The notes under the pieces were generated by a model that saw nothing but the letters and a program-made list of their open reading frames with translations, ran no database searches and had not been told where the DNA came from. The translations under genes were made by a program, and so were the position numbers. From assembly GCA_965644315.1 (NCBI GenBank), contig CBFFRQ010000200.1, forward strand, positions 1 through 64,000: a DNA stretch of 64,000 nucleotides, written 5' to 3'. Below are positions 8,770 through 22,642 of this stretch, piece after piece; the first letter of the stretch is position 1, and each line of letters opens with the position of its first letter. The DNA is from Caecitellus pseudoparvulus (lineage: Eukaryota > Protista > Bigyra: Bicosoecida).

Positions 8770-11700
8770 CTATGTGAAGAAGGAGCCCTGACTCCGAAGC
8801 GCGGGCTGCAACGGGGGCTTGCCTCCTGAGGCTGACACGCGAAAGCCGCTGGGGTTGCGGCCGTGGCCCGTGCCGTGCGCTGGTGTCTGCCCCAGAGCCA
8901 AGCGGCTGCTGGGCGTGTGGGCAATGGAGGCAGCGGGGTGTGTGCCCAGGCTCGCCGCCCCGAAGGCCGGCTGGTTGCCGTGGGAGCCGGAGCCGGCAGC
9001 CGCCAGGGCCATGTAGTCCGGTCGCACACCTCGCATGGTGCTGCCTGGGGAGCCCATGCCCATGCTAGCGCCCTCAGCTGTCGCCGCAGCGGTGGGGTGC
9101 CTGCGGTTTGCGGAAGGTGTGTGGAGGAAGGCGTCAGGGCCCCTGGCAGTGTGTGGCTGCACACCCTCCCCCCCCCGAGCGGGCGTGTGTACGCCGCCCA
9201 TGGATGACAGGAGGTCCGTGGACCCCCGAGATGTGCGCTCTTTCACACCACCTGGTGACATGAACGCGCCGGTGTCGGGGGGGGCTCCCCGCCGGGCCAT
9301 CGCAGCCAGGTCCGCCCCACTGGCTCGGAGGGGGTCCATGACATCCACGGAAGGCCTGGGGGGGCGCTGGGACAGCGGTGGTGCTCCCTGGCCAAAGTTC
9401 CCCGACCAGGAGTCGATGACGGTGCCCTGGCCCAGTGGATACACGGCAGGTCGAGTGGGGGTGGACGGGACACTGCGCCGCACAGCACTGGCCAGCTCTG
9501 CATCAGACACGCTTGAGGGCGCAGACACCCTGCCGACGTGCATGCCTCGGGAGGCCGCTGAACTCGGCCGGTCCTGGCGTCTCTGCGGTGTGACCATGCC
9601 AGGGTGGCTAGGTCCAGGCTCCAGAGACAATCGGGAGATGGAGGGAGCTGAGAGAAGGGGAGCAGGCGGCTGAGACGAGCCTGCCGCATCCCTCGCGAGA
9701 TGCTGGCTGGAAGGTGCCTGCAGGGACGCTCGCTGAAGCAGCGACTGGGGGCCCGCTGACACGCCCTGCCCGTCATAGGCGCCGCCAGGCGGCTGTCCTG
9801 GTCGCAGGTGCCGAGTGCCCCGGTCGCTAGCCATGCCTTGCGACACCAGCCCCTGCCACGCCTCCAGTCCCCGGTTGGCGTCTGCGTCCACGTCTCGCGA
9901 TGGCGAGTGGGGGAAGGGCCCCAGCGGATCCGACACCGCTGCTGCCCGAGCAGCGCCCCCTCGCATGGACGCATAGGGAGACAGCAGGGCAGCTGCGGTG
10001 CCTTGCGCGGTGACTTCTGAGGCAGGTTCAGGGTAGTACGCAGATGATGGCACCATGCCTTTGTCGGCGCCGAGGCTGCTGGGGCCTGCTGGGAACGCCT
10101 CTGTGCCGTCTGGCAGTGTCACGGCATGTGGACAGGCGCCGTGGCACATGTAGCACAGGCGTGCGTAGTCTTTGTTCTGATACCCGCACACCTTGCACAC
10201 CCAGATGCCCGACTCACGCCAACGCTTGTCGCGCTCCGCTTGCACGGCCCAGGCGGCCCGCTGCCGTGGGGCCATGTGTCGCGCCGCCACGGCCTCCCCC
10301 TTCACAGGGGGGTGCATGGCCCGCAGGCGGGAGGTGGTGCCCGGGCTCAGGGCACCCGGCGCCTCGCTGGCGATGTGGGCTGAAGCGGCAGCCAGCTGGG
10401 TATCGGCGTACGTGGGGGGGTCCGCAAAGTACGCCGGGAGGCGGGGCGGCTTGGCGGGGGAGGCCAGCGGCGACGGTGCGCGAGCAGGTCGCCCGCGCCG
10501 ATCTGCACCGTGCGACCCTTCTCCCTCACGAAGTGTCCGCCGCACCCACTCTGCGACGTGGCTGGGGTCCAGTGCCTGGTGTCTGCTTGCCGTGGGTGAG
10601 CCGCCGCCCACATCCTCAACAGCTTGCACAAGCGGCGTGGGGCGCCAAGCATCCATGTCGCCTTGCCCTGCCAGCGTCGGCAACGGGCCTCCCGCTGCCG
10701 TGGCCAGTGTGCTGTCGTTGACAGCCATGACCTGCGAAGGGGACGATCCGAACGCCCATGCAAGGAAGCGCGAGTAGGACACGTCGAAGCCGAGGGAAGC
10801 TGCTGGCGTGTGGGCCTTGCCTGCGCTGATGGCTCCGTACTGTGACACGGCTTCCACCCGTTGGGAGCCTGGCAGGGAGAAGCGCCGGGCGAGCAGCACG
10901 ATTTGCATGGGCGTGAGGGGCAGGCCCGCCGAGTGACACGCCGCAACAAACGACCGGAGCGGAATGGCGCCGGTGCTGGAGTCGCCAACATCGTGAGCAG
11001 CGAAAGCGGCACGAATGCGGCCGGTGGCAGACGCTTCGCCCGCGTTTTGCAGCGCCTCCACGTGGGAGAACAGCAGGCGGTGTGCAGCCCCAAGCTCCGC
11101 TTCGTCGGCCTCAATGAAGCGAACAAACTCTGCGAAGCCCAGCCGCCCCGACTTGTTCGCGTCCAACGCCGACAGAAGCCCTTGGAACTCTGACTCCTGC
11201 AAGTGCACTCCCAGCAGCCTCAACCCCGCGCGCAACGCAGCCTCGTCCAACGTGCCGCTGCCGCTGCCGTCCAGACCGCGGAAAGCTGCTGCAAGGTCCA
11301 AATCCGACGATGTAGAGATCCACGCAGCTTCTCGCAGGCGGCTGCGTGCTGCCTGGGCAGCAGGTGACAGCAACGGCACGCCGCAGTGTGCTGCCAGCCC
11401 AGTTCCCGCCATGACTTGCCGGAGGAAGGCATCCACTCCCACCCGCCCCTCGGAGTCAGGGGTCAAGCCCAGCGCACGAACAAGTGGCAACATGTGCCCG
11501 GGGGACAGCCCTGCACCCAGCAGTCCCAGGGCACGGTGCAGGTCTTCGAGGGAAATGCGACCAGACAGCCGCCCACCTGCCGCCTCGGCCACCGCAGCGT
11601 CCTGCTGTGAGCTGGAAGCATACCGTGACAACACTTCCACAGCTGGGCGATCAGGGCACCCTTCCAGCGGCGGCATGCCCCACGCACGCCGCAGCGTGTG

Positions 11701-14700
11701 CCCTAGGATGGCCATGCGAGTTCGGGCAGCGACGATGGCACCAACGGCGGCCTCGGCTGGCGACACCAGCAGCCGGCAGAACAGCATGTAGTCCACCGCC
11801 GTGCGGCGGGAGACACTCACAGGGCCACGGCTCCTGTGTTTCTTCCCATGGCGGAAGGCCTCCAGTGCGGCTTCCCCGGCACAGGACGCTGCCTGGAGGG
11901 ACCGCACGAGCGTCGCTAGCTCCCCTTCGTTGCGCAAACCCAGCCCCAGCATGCGTGTGCGGAGCACGCCTGCAAACGCATCTGGCGGCACTGTGCCACT
12001 CTCACTGACATCTTTGTCCACGAAAAGGGAGATGGGGTTCAGGGGCACAGAGCCCGCCGCGTATAGTCGTTGGTAGTGGCGCTGCAGTCGAGGCAGGAGC
12101 TTTCGCAGGGGTTTGGGCAGCAGCGCTTCGTCACTCCACACTGGGGGCGGCAGCGGCAGGTGGGCGAGGGGGTCGCTCATGCTAGGTACGTACTCCCCAT
12201 CCGGTCCCCCCAGAGCGGCATGTGTCCCGGCCAGCACCCAGTCCGGGGCGGGTTGCTCTTTGGGCTCCTCCTCTGACGCTACAGACCCTGGGCCAGCCTG
12301 GGGAAGTTGGGTGAGAGCTTGCAGCAGCCGGCGAGCCATGGCCCGCTTGCTGCTTGCGCTGTTCCCGGCCCGGTGCCACAGGCAGGCGCTGGAGGATGCT
12401 GGGCGCCCGCCTGCGCCTCTTCGCTTCTGGCTGCTGTTGATGCGCCACCCACCACCACAAGTCCACTCCGGTCCCTCAATTTCCTCCAGCACACGCTCAC
12501 GTCGTGCTCCAGGCGGCCCCTCATCACCCCCTTCCAATCCATGCTCAACCGCCAGGCTAATGTGGGGTGCAACGTGGCCGTACGCGTCACAGGCATCTTC
12601 GGCTCGCTGCCTCGGCGCCCGCGAGGAGACTTTCCCATTCGATCTTGTTGCGTCGGCCATACTAGCGTGAGCTGGCTTGTCATGGTCCATGTTGGTCAAG
12701 TACATGTCGGTAATGGCCCGGTGCAAAACGCCGGCAGTCCGCTTCGCCCACACTTCCGCCGCGTGCTGCCCTTTGCTCCGGCGCAACGCCCGTTGCGAGG
12801 GCGGCGCTTGGACCACTTTATACCGACCCCACAAAGCACCCACCCCCGCTGGCAGGCGCTCCAGCACTTCATACCCAGCACGCTGCAGCTCTGCGACCGC
12901 AGCCTTCTCTGCCCGACGCTGGCGCCGACTGCCGCCCTTGCTGGAGGCGGACTTTGTGTCTGGCCCGACGCACAGCCCCACCAAGACTTTGCACCTGTGT
13001 TCCTGTGCCACAAGGCCCTTCACACCCACGTAAGCGCCATAGAGGCCTACCACTCCTGTGGCTTGCCCTGCTGCTGTGTCTCCAACCCAGCGCTGGTGCC
13101 TGCGTGGGTTTCGACTGGCCCGTGCACGGGCTGCCTTGCGCTTTGAACCATGCCGAGAACGTCGCGACCTCCGCGTGCTCACACTGGCAGGGCCGGAGGA
13201 TGTGGAATCAGAGCCCTCGTCAGCCGCTGCGGCGCCTGCCACAGAGGCCTGGTCAGCCGCCCCCAAGTGTTGGGCCCGGATGCCGTGGGTGGGCTCGAAT
13301 CCTTTGCGCAGGCGCTTGCGAGTGGCTGCTTCGCCCACCACCCGCGCCGTCGCGACCAGCACGCCTTGCACATGTCCCGCCTCGTCATCAGACGATGAGT
13401 CGGCATCCGGCAGCGGTGCCAGTCTTGGCCCTGCATCTCCCGACACCGACGAGACGCCCGATCCAGCATCCGAAAAGTCTGAGCCGCTGTCCCCAGACGA
13501 GGACACAACACCCGACTCTTCCGACGCCGACGAGGGCGGAATACTGGCCTCACTGCTGCTCTCCTCCCCCAGCACCACAGACACGCCCTCCTCAGACTCA
13601 CTCTCTTCAGCTGGTGCTTCGCTTTCGCTCTCCGCACCCTGGGCCCGAGTCGCCGCCTCCGCCACCTGCTGAGCAGTGGCCACGTGCAAGGTGTGTGCCT
13701 GCGCACAGCGCGCTAGCAAAGCAGGCAGCCATGCCGACACGGGCCACATGCCCAGGGCACCCAGCACCCTTGCCGCGCGGGTACCGCTGAGCAAGTCCGC
13801 CAAGCTCACTGCCCCCGCGACGGCTGCTTCATCCTCGTGGGGCACAGTCACCTGTGTGGCGCCACAGACGAATTCCGCCACGGCTTCAGCCCCTGCCACA
13901 CCCCCACTGCGCAGCACTGTGGCCAAGATGCGATGGGCACTGGAAGCATCCAGCGCTGGACTGCCGCTCAACAGGGCCAGTGGCCCAGCTTCACTTTCCC
14001 CCGCATCATCCCGTCGAGCAATTGAAATGAGCACCTTGTGGGAGGAGGAAGCGACATCGGGAAGGAACCGATCTTCGGGCAACCCCATCGCTGCCAAGGC
14101 CATGCTGGCTCCGATTACGTCCGCTACTGGCGAGATGGGGACCAGAGTAGCTGTGCAAACGTGGGCTCCGCTGAGAGCTGGGTGCATCGCCTGGGTTTCG
14201 CCGGAAGGCTCTGACGTGGACTGCCCTGACTCGCTGCCACTGTCCTGCCCAGCTGCAGCCGCCAGGTCTGCCTCTGAGCCGCCCATGACGAGCAAGCCAG
14301 CGGGCAGGCCCCCTGGGGCGCGCCCAGCCGAGAGGAAGGCACTCACTGCGCCAGCTGGCACTGCACCCAGTACCACTTGCACTTCAGGCACTTCGAAGAC
14401 TTCTCCCGCATCGCCAGCGAGGGTGGGTAGTTGCTCCGCGGCCCCGTCTTGCTCAGCCTGGCCGGCAGGCGGGGCGGCCCAAATGCTGCCAGGTGTAGCT
14501 CGTGACAGGTGCGAACTAGCCCCTGCCCCTTGGCGGCCGCCTGAAGCAAAGATGGACCCTGGAGCAGAGAAACTAGTGCCCACCATCCCACCGCTGGTTT
14601 GCGATACCAAGGGAGTCATCCAGGCTTGTACAGCTCCACCACCGGTGCCTGCCAGAGCGCTGCAATGCAGGATGCCAGCCAACAAACTCAGCTCCACGTC

Positions 14701-17700
14701 ACCTAAAAACGGCGCCGCCCGCAAAAGCGCCCGGTTGCCATCTGCCAGCGATCGGGCCAACTGCACCTGCAGTGTGATGCCTGCTGCCCATGCAGCGCTG
14801 GATGCTGCGGCGTGCACAGAGCCGGAGGGGGTCAGGGCAGCCGAAGCCATGTCAACGGCTGGAGCGCCCCGCACAGACTTCGCGCTGGGGTCCACTCCTG
14901 CCCCAGCAGTGCCTGTAGCGTCTGCTGCCCACAGCGACGTGCCGCTGCGAAGCATAGATGCCGCAGACCTCTGTGCAGGCGCTGCAGCCGCCCCGGCGGG
15001 ACGAGTGGCCGCTGGGTGCAGCCTAGCACCCACCGACAGCGCTCGCAGTGCCTCTTCATACAGAGCGCGTAGACCTGTGCCAGTCAGCGCCAGGGCGGGT
15101 GCGCCTGCCGTTGGAAGCGGGTCCCAAGGTGATCTCGGTGGGCCATCGTCGCCCTCCTGCACTACACCCACCTCAGCAAACGTCGCAGGAGCGTCGTCGC
15201 TCAGGGCAGTAGCGTGGGCTGGCTCCCTGCACGTGGCCCTGAGCACTGCAAGGACATCCAGAAACACGGCACCATCGCCCCCTTCCCCTTCCCCTGCTGC
15301 CCACTGCTGTGCCCGCCACAGTAGGCCGTGTTGCTGCCCCAGTGCCACCACACCTGCGCGCAAGAGCAGTGCGGCACACCGCGCCCGAGTGTCGACACAC
15401 AGTGCTGCAGCGGCGTTGGCTATGAGGTCAGCGGCGAGGACCAGCACGTCTCCTCGCGGCAGCACTCCCCGCAGCGCCAGACCCGGGCCCGCCAGCCCCA
15501 TGCTCGGGAGAGCTGCCATGACTGCTTCACGCGTCAGGATGGCGTGTGGCGCAGTGGACAGTGCCCAGGCAGCCGCGGCAGACGGGCCCCACTGCCCCCC
15601 CTCCGCCTCGAGCGGCACTGGGCCGTCAGTCGGCAGGGATGGGAGTGCTGCTGCGACCCACGCGGCATCCTTCCAAAGATGCCCCTGCCCAAGGCGATGA
15701 GCGCAAGCGGCCTGCACCAGGGTCGCCCCCAGCGACACAGTGGTCTGAGAGCCGAGGGCCCGGGCACCTGGCCGCTGGGCTGCAGCACCGCACAGCGCCG
15801 CAGCCTGCCATGCGGCGATACATGCGCAGCCCAGACCCCAAAGCAGGTCCACCGTGTCTCGCAGGGTCAGCGAATTCAGCCCGCCCTGGGTCACGGCTTT
15901 GTCGGCAGCACGTGCGACGCCTGCCACTCCGCAGGGATGGGCCGGCGCCGTATCGTGAAGCGCCCCCGTGGCCATGTGCTGCAGCATCTCTGCCATGCGC
16001 ACCGGGGCCATGCTCCCGCTGCCGTGCTCTCCTGTTGAAGGCGGGAAGGCGGTGTGCTGCATGCGGTGGGAGCTAGGAGGCAGAGGCAGCTGTGCCCCTG
16101 CTGGGGTGTCCGCGGCGGCCTGCTCGCCCCCCTCAGACCCCGACTCCTCGCTGTCACTCCATGCCCGCTCAGCTGGGGCTGGCTCGGCTGGCGCCTCAGC
16201 TGAGGCCGCTGGGGCTGCCGTCGTGGGGTTCACGCCACTGCTTGGCGGAGCTGCATCGCCTGCCCTGGTGTCCGCCGCCACCGCATCCCGCCATGCACCG
16301 GTCAGGGAGCAGAGCCGTGGAAGACACCAACCCTCAGCCAGGCGTGCGCCCAGAGCTGCCAGCAGCAGAGCACTGAGCTGCGTGGCCGTGCTCGCTTTGA
16401 CCTCACCGCTGCGTCCTGGGCCCCATCCGAACAGCGCTGCGTCGGCGAACGTATCGCTGGTCACCGCGTCAGCGCCCTCTTCGTCCCACAGGGCAATGGC
16501 CTCCACAGCCTCCGCCGGGTCCAAGCCCATGCCCAGTGTGGAGCCTGCGAGATCAGCAGCCACCCCCAGGGGCAGCTCGGGCACAGGCCCTACCAGTTGG
16601 GGTGCATGCCCAGTCATGAGTCGGAGCAAGGCTGTGTCTGCGAGAGCTCCCTTGGGCCCGCCCCCCCGTCGCACAGCCGTGTTGAAGCCCTGGCGCAGCG
16701 CTAAAAAGGCGGTGAGCACACCCCGCCCCGAGCCGACGTTGAACAGGTTGTCACCCCGCTTGTGCACTCGCTCAGCCTCCCACAGCAACAGGCACGTGGT
16801 CAGGTGGCGCAAAGCGCGATACAAGCCTTCACTGCGCGCACGTGCTGACTGGCTCAGCACGATGCTGTGCTGGGCCACGTATTCACTCTCTGCTGGGACA
16901 TTGTACTGCCGGCGGAACCAAATGCCGATGGCGGGGCCAGGGTTGCCGTCGTTGGCGTCCCCAGGCACGCGCACGTAGCCTTCAGCCTGCAAGCAAGCGT
17001 CCACATCGGCGTGAAGGGGGGGCTCTTGCTTCACACTGCGGAGGGCAGCTCCAGTCGACGACGGAGGCCCAGCCGCTACCTTGGCATTGTACACCACTGA
17101 AAGGACGTCCACGATGACCGGCGGCGCACTGCGCCCACCCACTGCAGACTGGCGGCGGAGCAGCAGAATACGCTCAGGTGTCAGCTCTGCGCCCTCATTC
17201 AAGCTCTCGTCGCCCACCAGTTCAAAGCCAGCAGCTCCCAGGAGCGCGTCTTCGCGCTGAGTGTGCATCACCAAATCACAAATGTCTGCTGGCTCAGACG
17301 AGCCGCCCGGAGTGCCAGGTACGAACCCAGACTGCCGCAAGCGACCTTGTGGTGCCGGGCCTTGCGTGAAGAGGAACAGGGGCTCGCCGAACGCTTCATA
17401 GTTCAGACTGGCGCTGACGGCGTTGGGCTCCCCCTGTGCGAACTCGGCACATGGCAAGAGACCAGCTTCTTGCAATTCACCTGCTGAGAAGGAGGCCCGA
17501 GCCGCGTCCTCCAGCGCTGCTGCAGTGGCTGCGACCAGGTCTGCGACACTCGTTCCAGGCGGCACGTGGCTGACAGTTCCCCGCAAGTCCCCGCCAATGC
17601 CGCGCGCTGCAGCACTGGCAATGATGCTGGGCACGGGCGCAAAGCCGTGCTGCTTCAGCAACTGCACTCCGTCGGTTCCCACGCCCAGCCGCACGTCAGC

Positions 17701-18626
17701 GATGGGAGCGCCCTGCCGAGAGGACGCTGAACTGCGGGGCTCAGAGGCAAGGCTGGTATCCCAAGGCGCCGCCTCGGGCGCGTGGCGCGCAGCTGCCGCC
17801 CCTGACGCCTTCACCGCGTCCCACACGTACACATCCAGCCAATCGCTGACCCCCTGCGCATCAGCCACACCGCCAAACAGCTCAGCACCCTCCGCATCGT
17901 CAACCCCAGGTGCACTGCGGCTGCAGATATCAGCGATGATGGTGGACGCTTCGGCTGTGCCTGCGCGCAGCCCAAGCTTTGTCCTGAGGAAGCGCTTGAG
18001 TCCCTTGGGTGTCAAGGGGGCAGCCCCTGGCCCTGTCAGCGCCTGCAGCTCCTGACGGAAGCGGAACTGGTAGTGGGCGCTGGACGCCATGTTATCACTA
18101 GCACCCTGGCGCAGCGTGTCAGCCACCGCGTCGGCTTTGTCGCTGGCGATGGTCGCTTCGCGCAGCACAGCAGGCCACCGAATGTACAGCTGTGAAGATG
18201 CGGTGTAACCGAAAGACGGCTGGTCCACCAGCACTTGCAAGGTCTGTGTGGAGAGGCGGGTGGAAAGAATGGAGTGCTTCAGTCGCTGGTGCGCTCGCCT
18301 CCTGCGATTCTCACCTCGTCAGGCTCTCCCTCCAGCGGCTGCAGACTGCGCAGGGCTGCAACGAGGTCAGGCCCGAGCAAGCGGCCCGAGGCGTCAGCGT
18401 CAGCCTCCATGAGCGCATCTCGCAACCACCGGACATCTTGCAGTTTGGGTCTCTCCCACTCAGAGCCGAAGAGCTTCTTGCGAAGCCTCGAGTGTGGCAA
18501 GACGCTGCGCTGGTCCAAGTGCACTGGGCCAGCCGTAACGCCAGGCGTGCCTGGGGAGCCCAGCACGCCGCTGCTGCCGAAAGCGCTCAGCATGGACATG
18601 CCTCCATACGTATTGTACGCTGCCAT
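8770..18626 (-). CDS. Giant (~3260 aa) protein with EF-hands, a RanBP2-type zinc finger and possible MABP-like segments
   Basis: Exon 1 18626-18315, intron 18314-18244 (phase 0, frame-consistent), then the 3156-aa ORF. EF loops DKDVSESGTV, DGSGSGTLDEAAL, DANKSGRLGFAEF; WVCKVCGYQNKDYARLCYMC. Confidence 0.8.
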
Positions 18627-18857
18627 AGTACTGCAGAATCACCCTGTTTGTGGTCTCCAGTCCGAGACACAGGAACTCGAGAGCCGACCAGCAGAGTGCG
18701 GAAGTTGGATAAAACGGCAGGGGCACACCCAGCGCATGCACCTTCAGGGCGTAGTGCTGAAGTCCTGGGCAAGTCCGGCACCCACTGCGTGTGCAACAAA
18801 ACAAGAATCATGCGTCCATGGGCCATATTTCCCGCGTTTCGATTTGCATTGAGCTCG

Positions 18858-21800
18858 CTACTGCAGGTGGTCGAGAATGGAGTTGATGATAGGGTGTGGC
18901 AAAAGCCACGTCATGGGCGCTGCTGTCACGGGAAACCCGAGCAGAGCAGGCGCGTAAGCCACGCCCAGTGCAAGTATGAAGGGAAGCAGAGCCACGCTGA
19001 GGTTTCGAGGCAGGCACCTCGCCCCGTCGGTAATGGCGGTGACCCAGCCATCCACGCCGATGCCCGCTCGAAGCGTGTGCCACACCAGGCCACCCACAGT
19101 GCTGGTGTGCTGAAGCCCCATACTTGGAAACAGCCATGCAAGCATGCTCAGCATGCTTGATGTGCTAAAAGCTGCCGCGCAAGCGCCCAGGAACGCCTGC
19201 AGCTCCCAGGACACCCACCGCAGCGTCACGCTTGCCCACAAGGCAGCGCCGAAAAGAACGCCCGCGGTCACAAATGACAGAGACTGCTGAAGCGCACTGA
19301 GTGGAGACAAGATCCATGAAATGGCGGACGAGATTGCCAAGCTCGCACAGACTGGCCCAGCAAAGTCACGAAACTCTGCGCTGTGCGCGGCAAGGACGCC
19401 AAGCACCGCCAGCACAAGCAACGGCGCGTGCAACATGCAGACGAAGCGCAGGACTGCCCACAGTGCCGAAAAGTACCAAATACACAACTGCACTGTCTGT
19501 GTAAACACGCCAACTAGGGTTGACGTGGCCCTCCCCCGCGAAGCTGGTCGCGCTTGGCAACACCACACGTGTGCCTCCAGCACTCGCAACAGGTACACGG
19601 AGCAGTTCACCGCGAGGGCGGCGCCCACAGCGTGCGTCAATGCACTTCTCACGCCGGGCCCTGTCCCGGCAAGCTCTGCCAGCGGCACCTGCAGCACCAG
19701 GTCAGTCATGTCGACGAAGCGCAGCGGCAGCCACGCCAAGTACGGCGCAAGACCTGCCCACGCTGACGGCACGAGCTGCAACGCAAGGAAGGCAGCTTGA
19801 CACAGCGTCCATATCCACACCAGCCGCCGGCCATGCTTCCACCATGTGTAAGTTTGAATACCTGCCCGACGCGGCGAGGCGGTGGGAACACCCCGCAGGG
19901 CAGCTTCGTGGCCGGTCCAGAGAAAGGCGTCATGCGTCGTGGCAGCCTTGTGCGTTGCCAAGCGAGCACCCTCGATGGCTGCCTGAGCTCTCGCAGCACG
20001 ATCCACCCCAGCCAGCACCGCTAATCCTCGCCACGTGTGCGCCAGCGCTGCCTGCACGGGGGATATAGAGGGTGCAACAACCCAGCCAGCCACACCCTTG
20101 CACGCTCCCCATGCGTGCCCTGCTAACACGCTTGGGTGGCGCAGAGCCTTGGAGACCACACTCCAGCCCTGTTCCCACCCTGCCTTCAGGCCGTGTTGTG
20201 CAGCCCACGTGCTCTGCAGCGGCCCCGTGCTGGAAACGCCGGTCCATGCACACACCAGCCCAGGCTCCACGCACGAACCAGCGCCAAGGCGGCGCTCCCA
20301 GGCAGGGTAACTCGCAACAAACTGCCTGGACAGCACGTTGTGTTGAGTCTTGCGGTGGATGCTGGAGGTGAGCAGATCCAGCGACAGGTGTGGCGCCTGC
20401 CACCCACACCCCGCTCGCACAGCCTGACACCACTGTGTGAAGGCAGCGTCGTCCATGCTGGCCCCAGCGGCCTTGAGCACTGCTGCCTTGGTCGCGTCCC
20501 GGGTGTCCGCGCGTTCGTCCACCAGCCACACCATGGAGAACATGCGGAACACCTCTTGCCCAGGTGCACCTTCCGGTTTGTTCTTGTCAAACCACGTGAA
20601 GTGCGCCCTGCGCCACACGAGGCCGCCGTCCCAGGCAGCCGGGACTGTGACAGCTGCTCGAGAAGCATCGTCTTGCTGGCGCATGGGCCGGCAGATCCAG
20701 GTGCAGGGTGCTCGAGCTGCGGCCGGGTGCAGGCGGTGGTGCTGCCCAGATCGCCAGCGACGCCAAGCGTCGACGCCCTCCCACACCACTTCTTTGCAAA
20801 AGAAGTACCAGTCCACGACAAACATGCGCAGGACATCTCGAGCTGCAAAAGGGCGTAGAGCAAGCCAGATGGCCTGTGTCTGCCCCACCAGTGCGTACAG
20901 GGTGGCGGCTGACAGGAGGAGGTAGATGGCACTTTGAGTGGCTTCGCTCTCCACGCCAGCCCAGGTCACCACGGCTTCTGCGCTCTGAAAGTTGGGCAAT
21001 GGTACCATACTTGCCGGTACCAGCACCGTGTATGCAAAGATAAGGGAAGGCAGCAGGCACAGCGGTACGCCTGACACCAGCAGAAGCGCCAGTGCGTTGC
21101 AGCCGACACACGCTGCGTGCCACGTCTCAAGCGTGGGTGCATCCAGAACGCGCGTAGGCTCCATATCTCCTGTGAAGGGCGAATGCATGTGGCGTTTCAT
21201 GGGTTCAGCGACTTAGCATGCGAAGGGCATGCCAACGTACCTTTCGAAATGAAGCGAAATGTGGGAACGCGGCCCGCCTTGCCTGCCTTGCCAGTCACCT
21301 TCACGCACGATGATTGGGAGAGGGATACTTCCCGTGTCGCTTCGCTGGCAAGGCGCTCCTTGCCCGCTGCCTGCTGCAGTGTGGGGCATGCTTGCAGCAG
21401 AGCTTTGTTCAGCACAACCACCTCGTCTCGATCGTTCAGCAGCAGGTACGGCGCCTGTCGATCTGTGGGCAAGTAGTCCATGTCTGGCGACATGATGGAC
21501 CGCAGCGTGCGGTCCACCTCTGCCACCACTTTCGAACTGCTGGCGTCGAAGTGCAGGGTGTGCGTCAGGCGTTTGTGGGCGCAAGCGGCCCAGGACCAAG
21601 CCCGTGGCAGCCACACCGCCATCACGCGCATGTCCCCGATTCCAGCGCCACTGCCGCTACCTTCCTTCACCTTCACGCCCTCTGGCTTCTTCTGCAGTGC
21701 CTGCCACTCAGCGGAGCCAGGCTCAAGCTGAAACAGGGTCCCTGCCACATTCTCCGCGTTAGGAGTGACCCCCTCCGCTGTGAGCTTTTTAAACAGGTTC

Positions 21801-22642
21801 AGCAGCATGAACTCTAACTCTTGAGACCCGAGGTCTGGAAGCAGTGGCGCCACGTTCTCTTTCAGCGCGTCCCACGCCGCCTCGTCGATGTACAGGCAAC
21901 CCGGCTCCTCAGCGGCAGCCTGCACTCCGCCTAAACCAGGCCCAGGCTCGGGCGGCGCATCGCGGGGGGCTTCATTACCGGATTCCTTGGCCGTTCCCTT
22001 CTCCGCTTCGGATACTTGGCTTTCTGGCGCCGTGGCCGTGGAGCTGGGGGGCGTGCCGCCAGGCTGGCTGGAGGGATTCGTGGACCCTGTGCTTGACAAG
22101 TTGCCTGCAGCGTCAGTATCAGCGGAGGGCGCGCCTTGCTCCACATGCCCGTGCGGCTGGACTTCCAGTGGGAATGTGTCGTCCCCCCCTTCGTCCGAGT
22201 CCAGCTCGGGGGAGGCCGGCTGGGCTGAAGCATGGCTCGCTGCACGTACGCGGAGGGCTTCGGCACAAGTGATTCACAAAGCATGCAATAAAGCACATGC
22301 CGCGATCTGCTCACCTCGTGGAGATGCAGCGCGTTCTTCGTGGCTCTCAGCTTGCAGGGGTGCTGACTCCGCCGCCTCTGCCAGGACAGGTTCCGGTTGT
22401 GTCGGCTGTGTGTCGCTGCCGTTATGGGCAGAGCTCGCTCGCTTTCTGGTGCGCTTCTGTGAGCCATAGTCTTTCTTGGAACCACCTTTGGATTTCTTGG
22501 ATTGCTTGATAGTGCTTGCTTTCCGGCTGCGGCCGCTCTTCCTTTCTGGCGTCTTGGGTGCAGGCGTATTGCTGGCATCTTGCAGTGGTGGCGGCGCTGC
22601 ACTCAATTTCCGCAGCCTGGCGCTGCGCCGCAGCGCAGGCAT
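18858..22642 (-). CDS. Hypothetical multi-pass membrane protein with basic/disordered N-terminus
   Basis: ATG 22642 (MPALRRSARLRK); frame-consistent introns 22314-22240 and 21240-21170, plus a probable in-frame intron near 21540-21625, join ORFs 22274, 21197 and 18858. Many hydrophobic segments in the C-terminal part. Confidence 0.6.

Noticed and set aside
13676-15700. Long antisense ORFs (674 aa here; also 27700-30039, 39060-40592, 40659-42161, 42846-44402)
   Set aside because: Shadow frames opposite real GC-rich genes; Ala/Ser/Arg-rich with no motifs.
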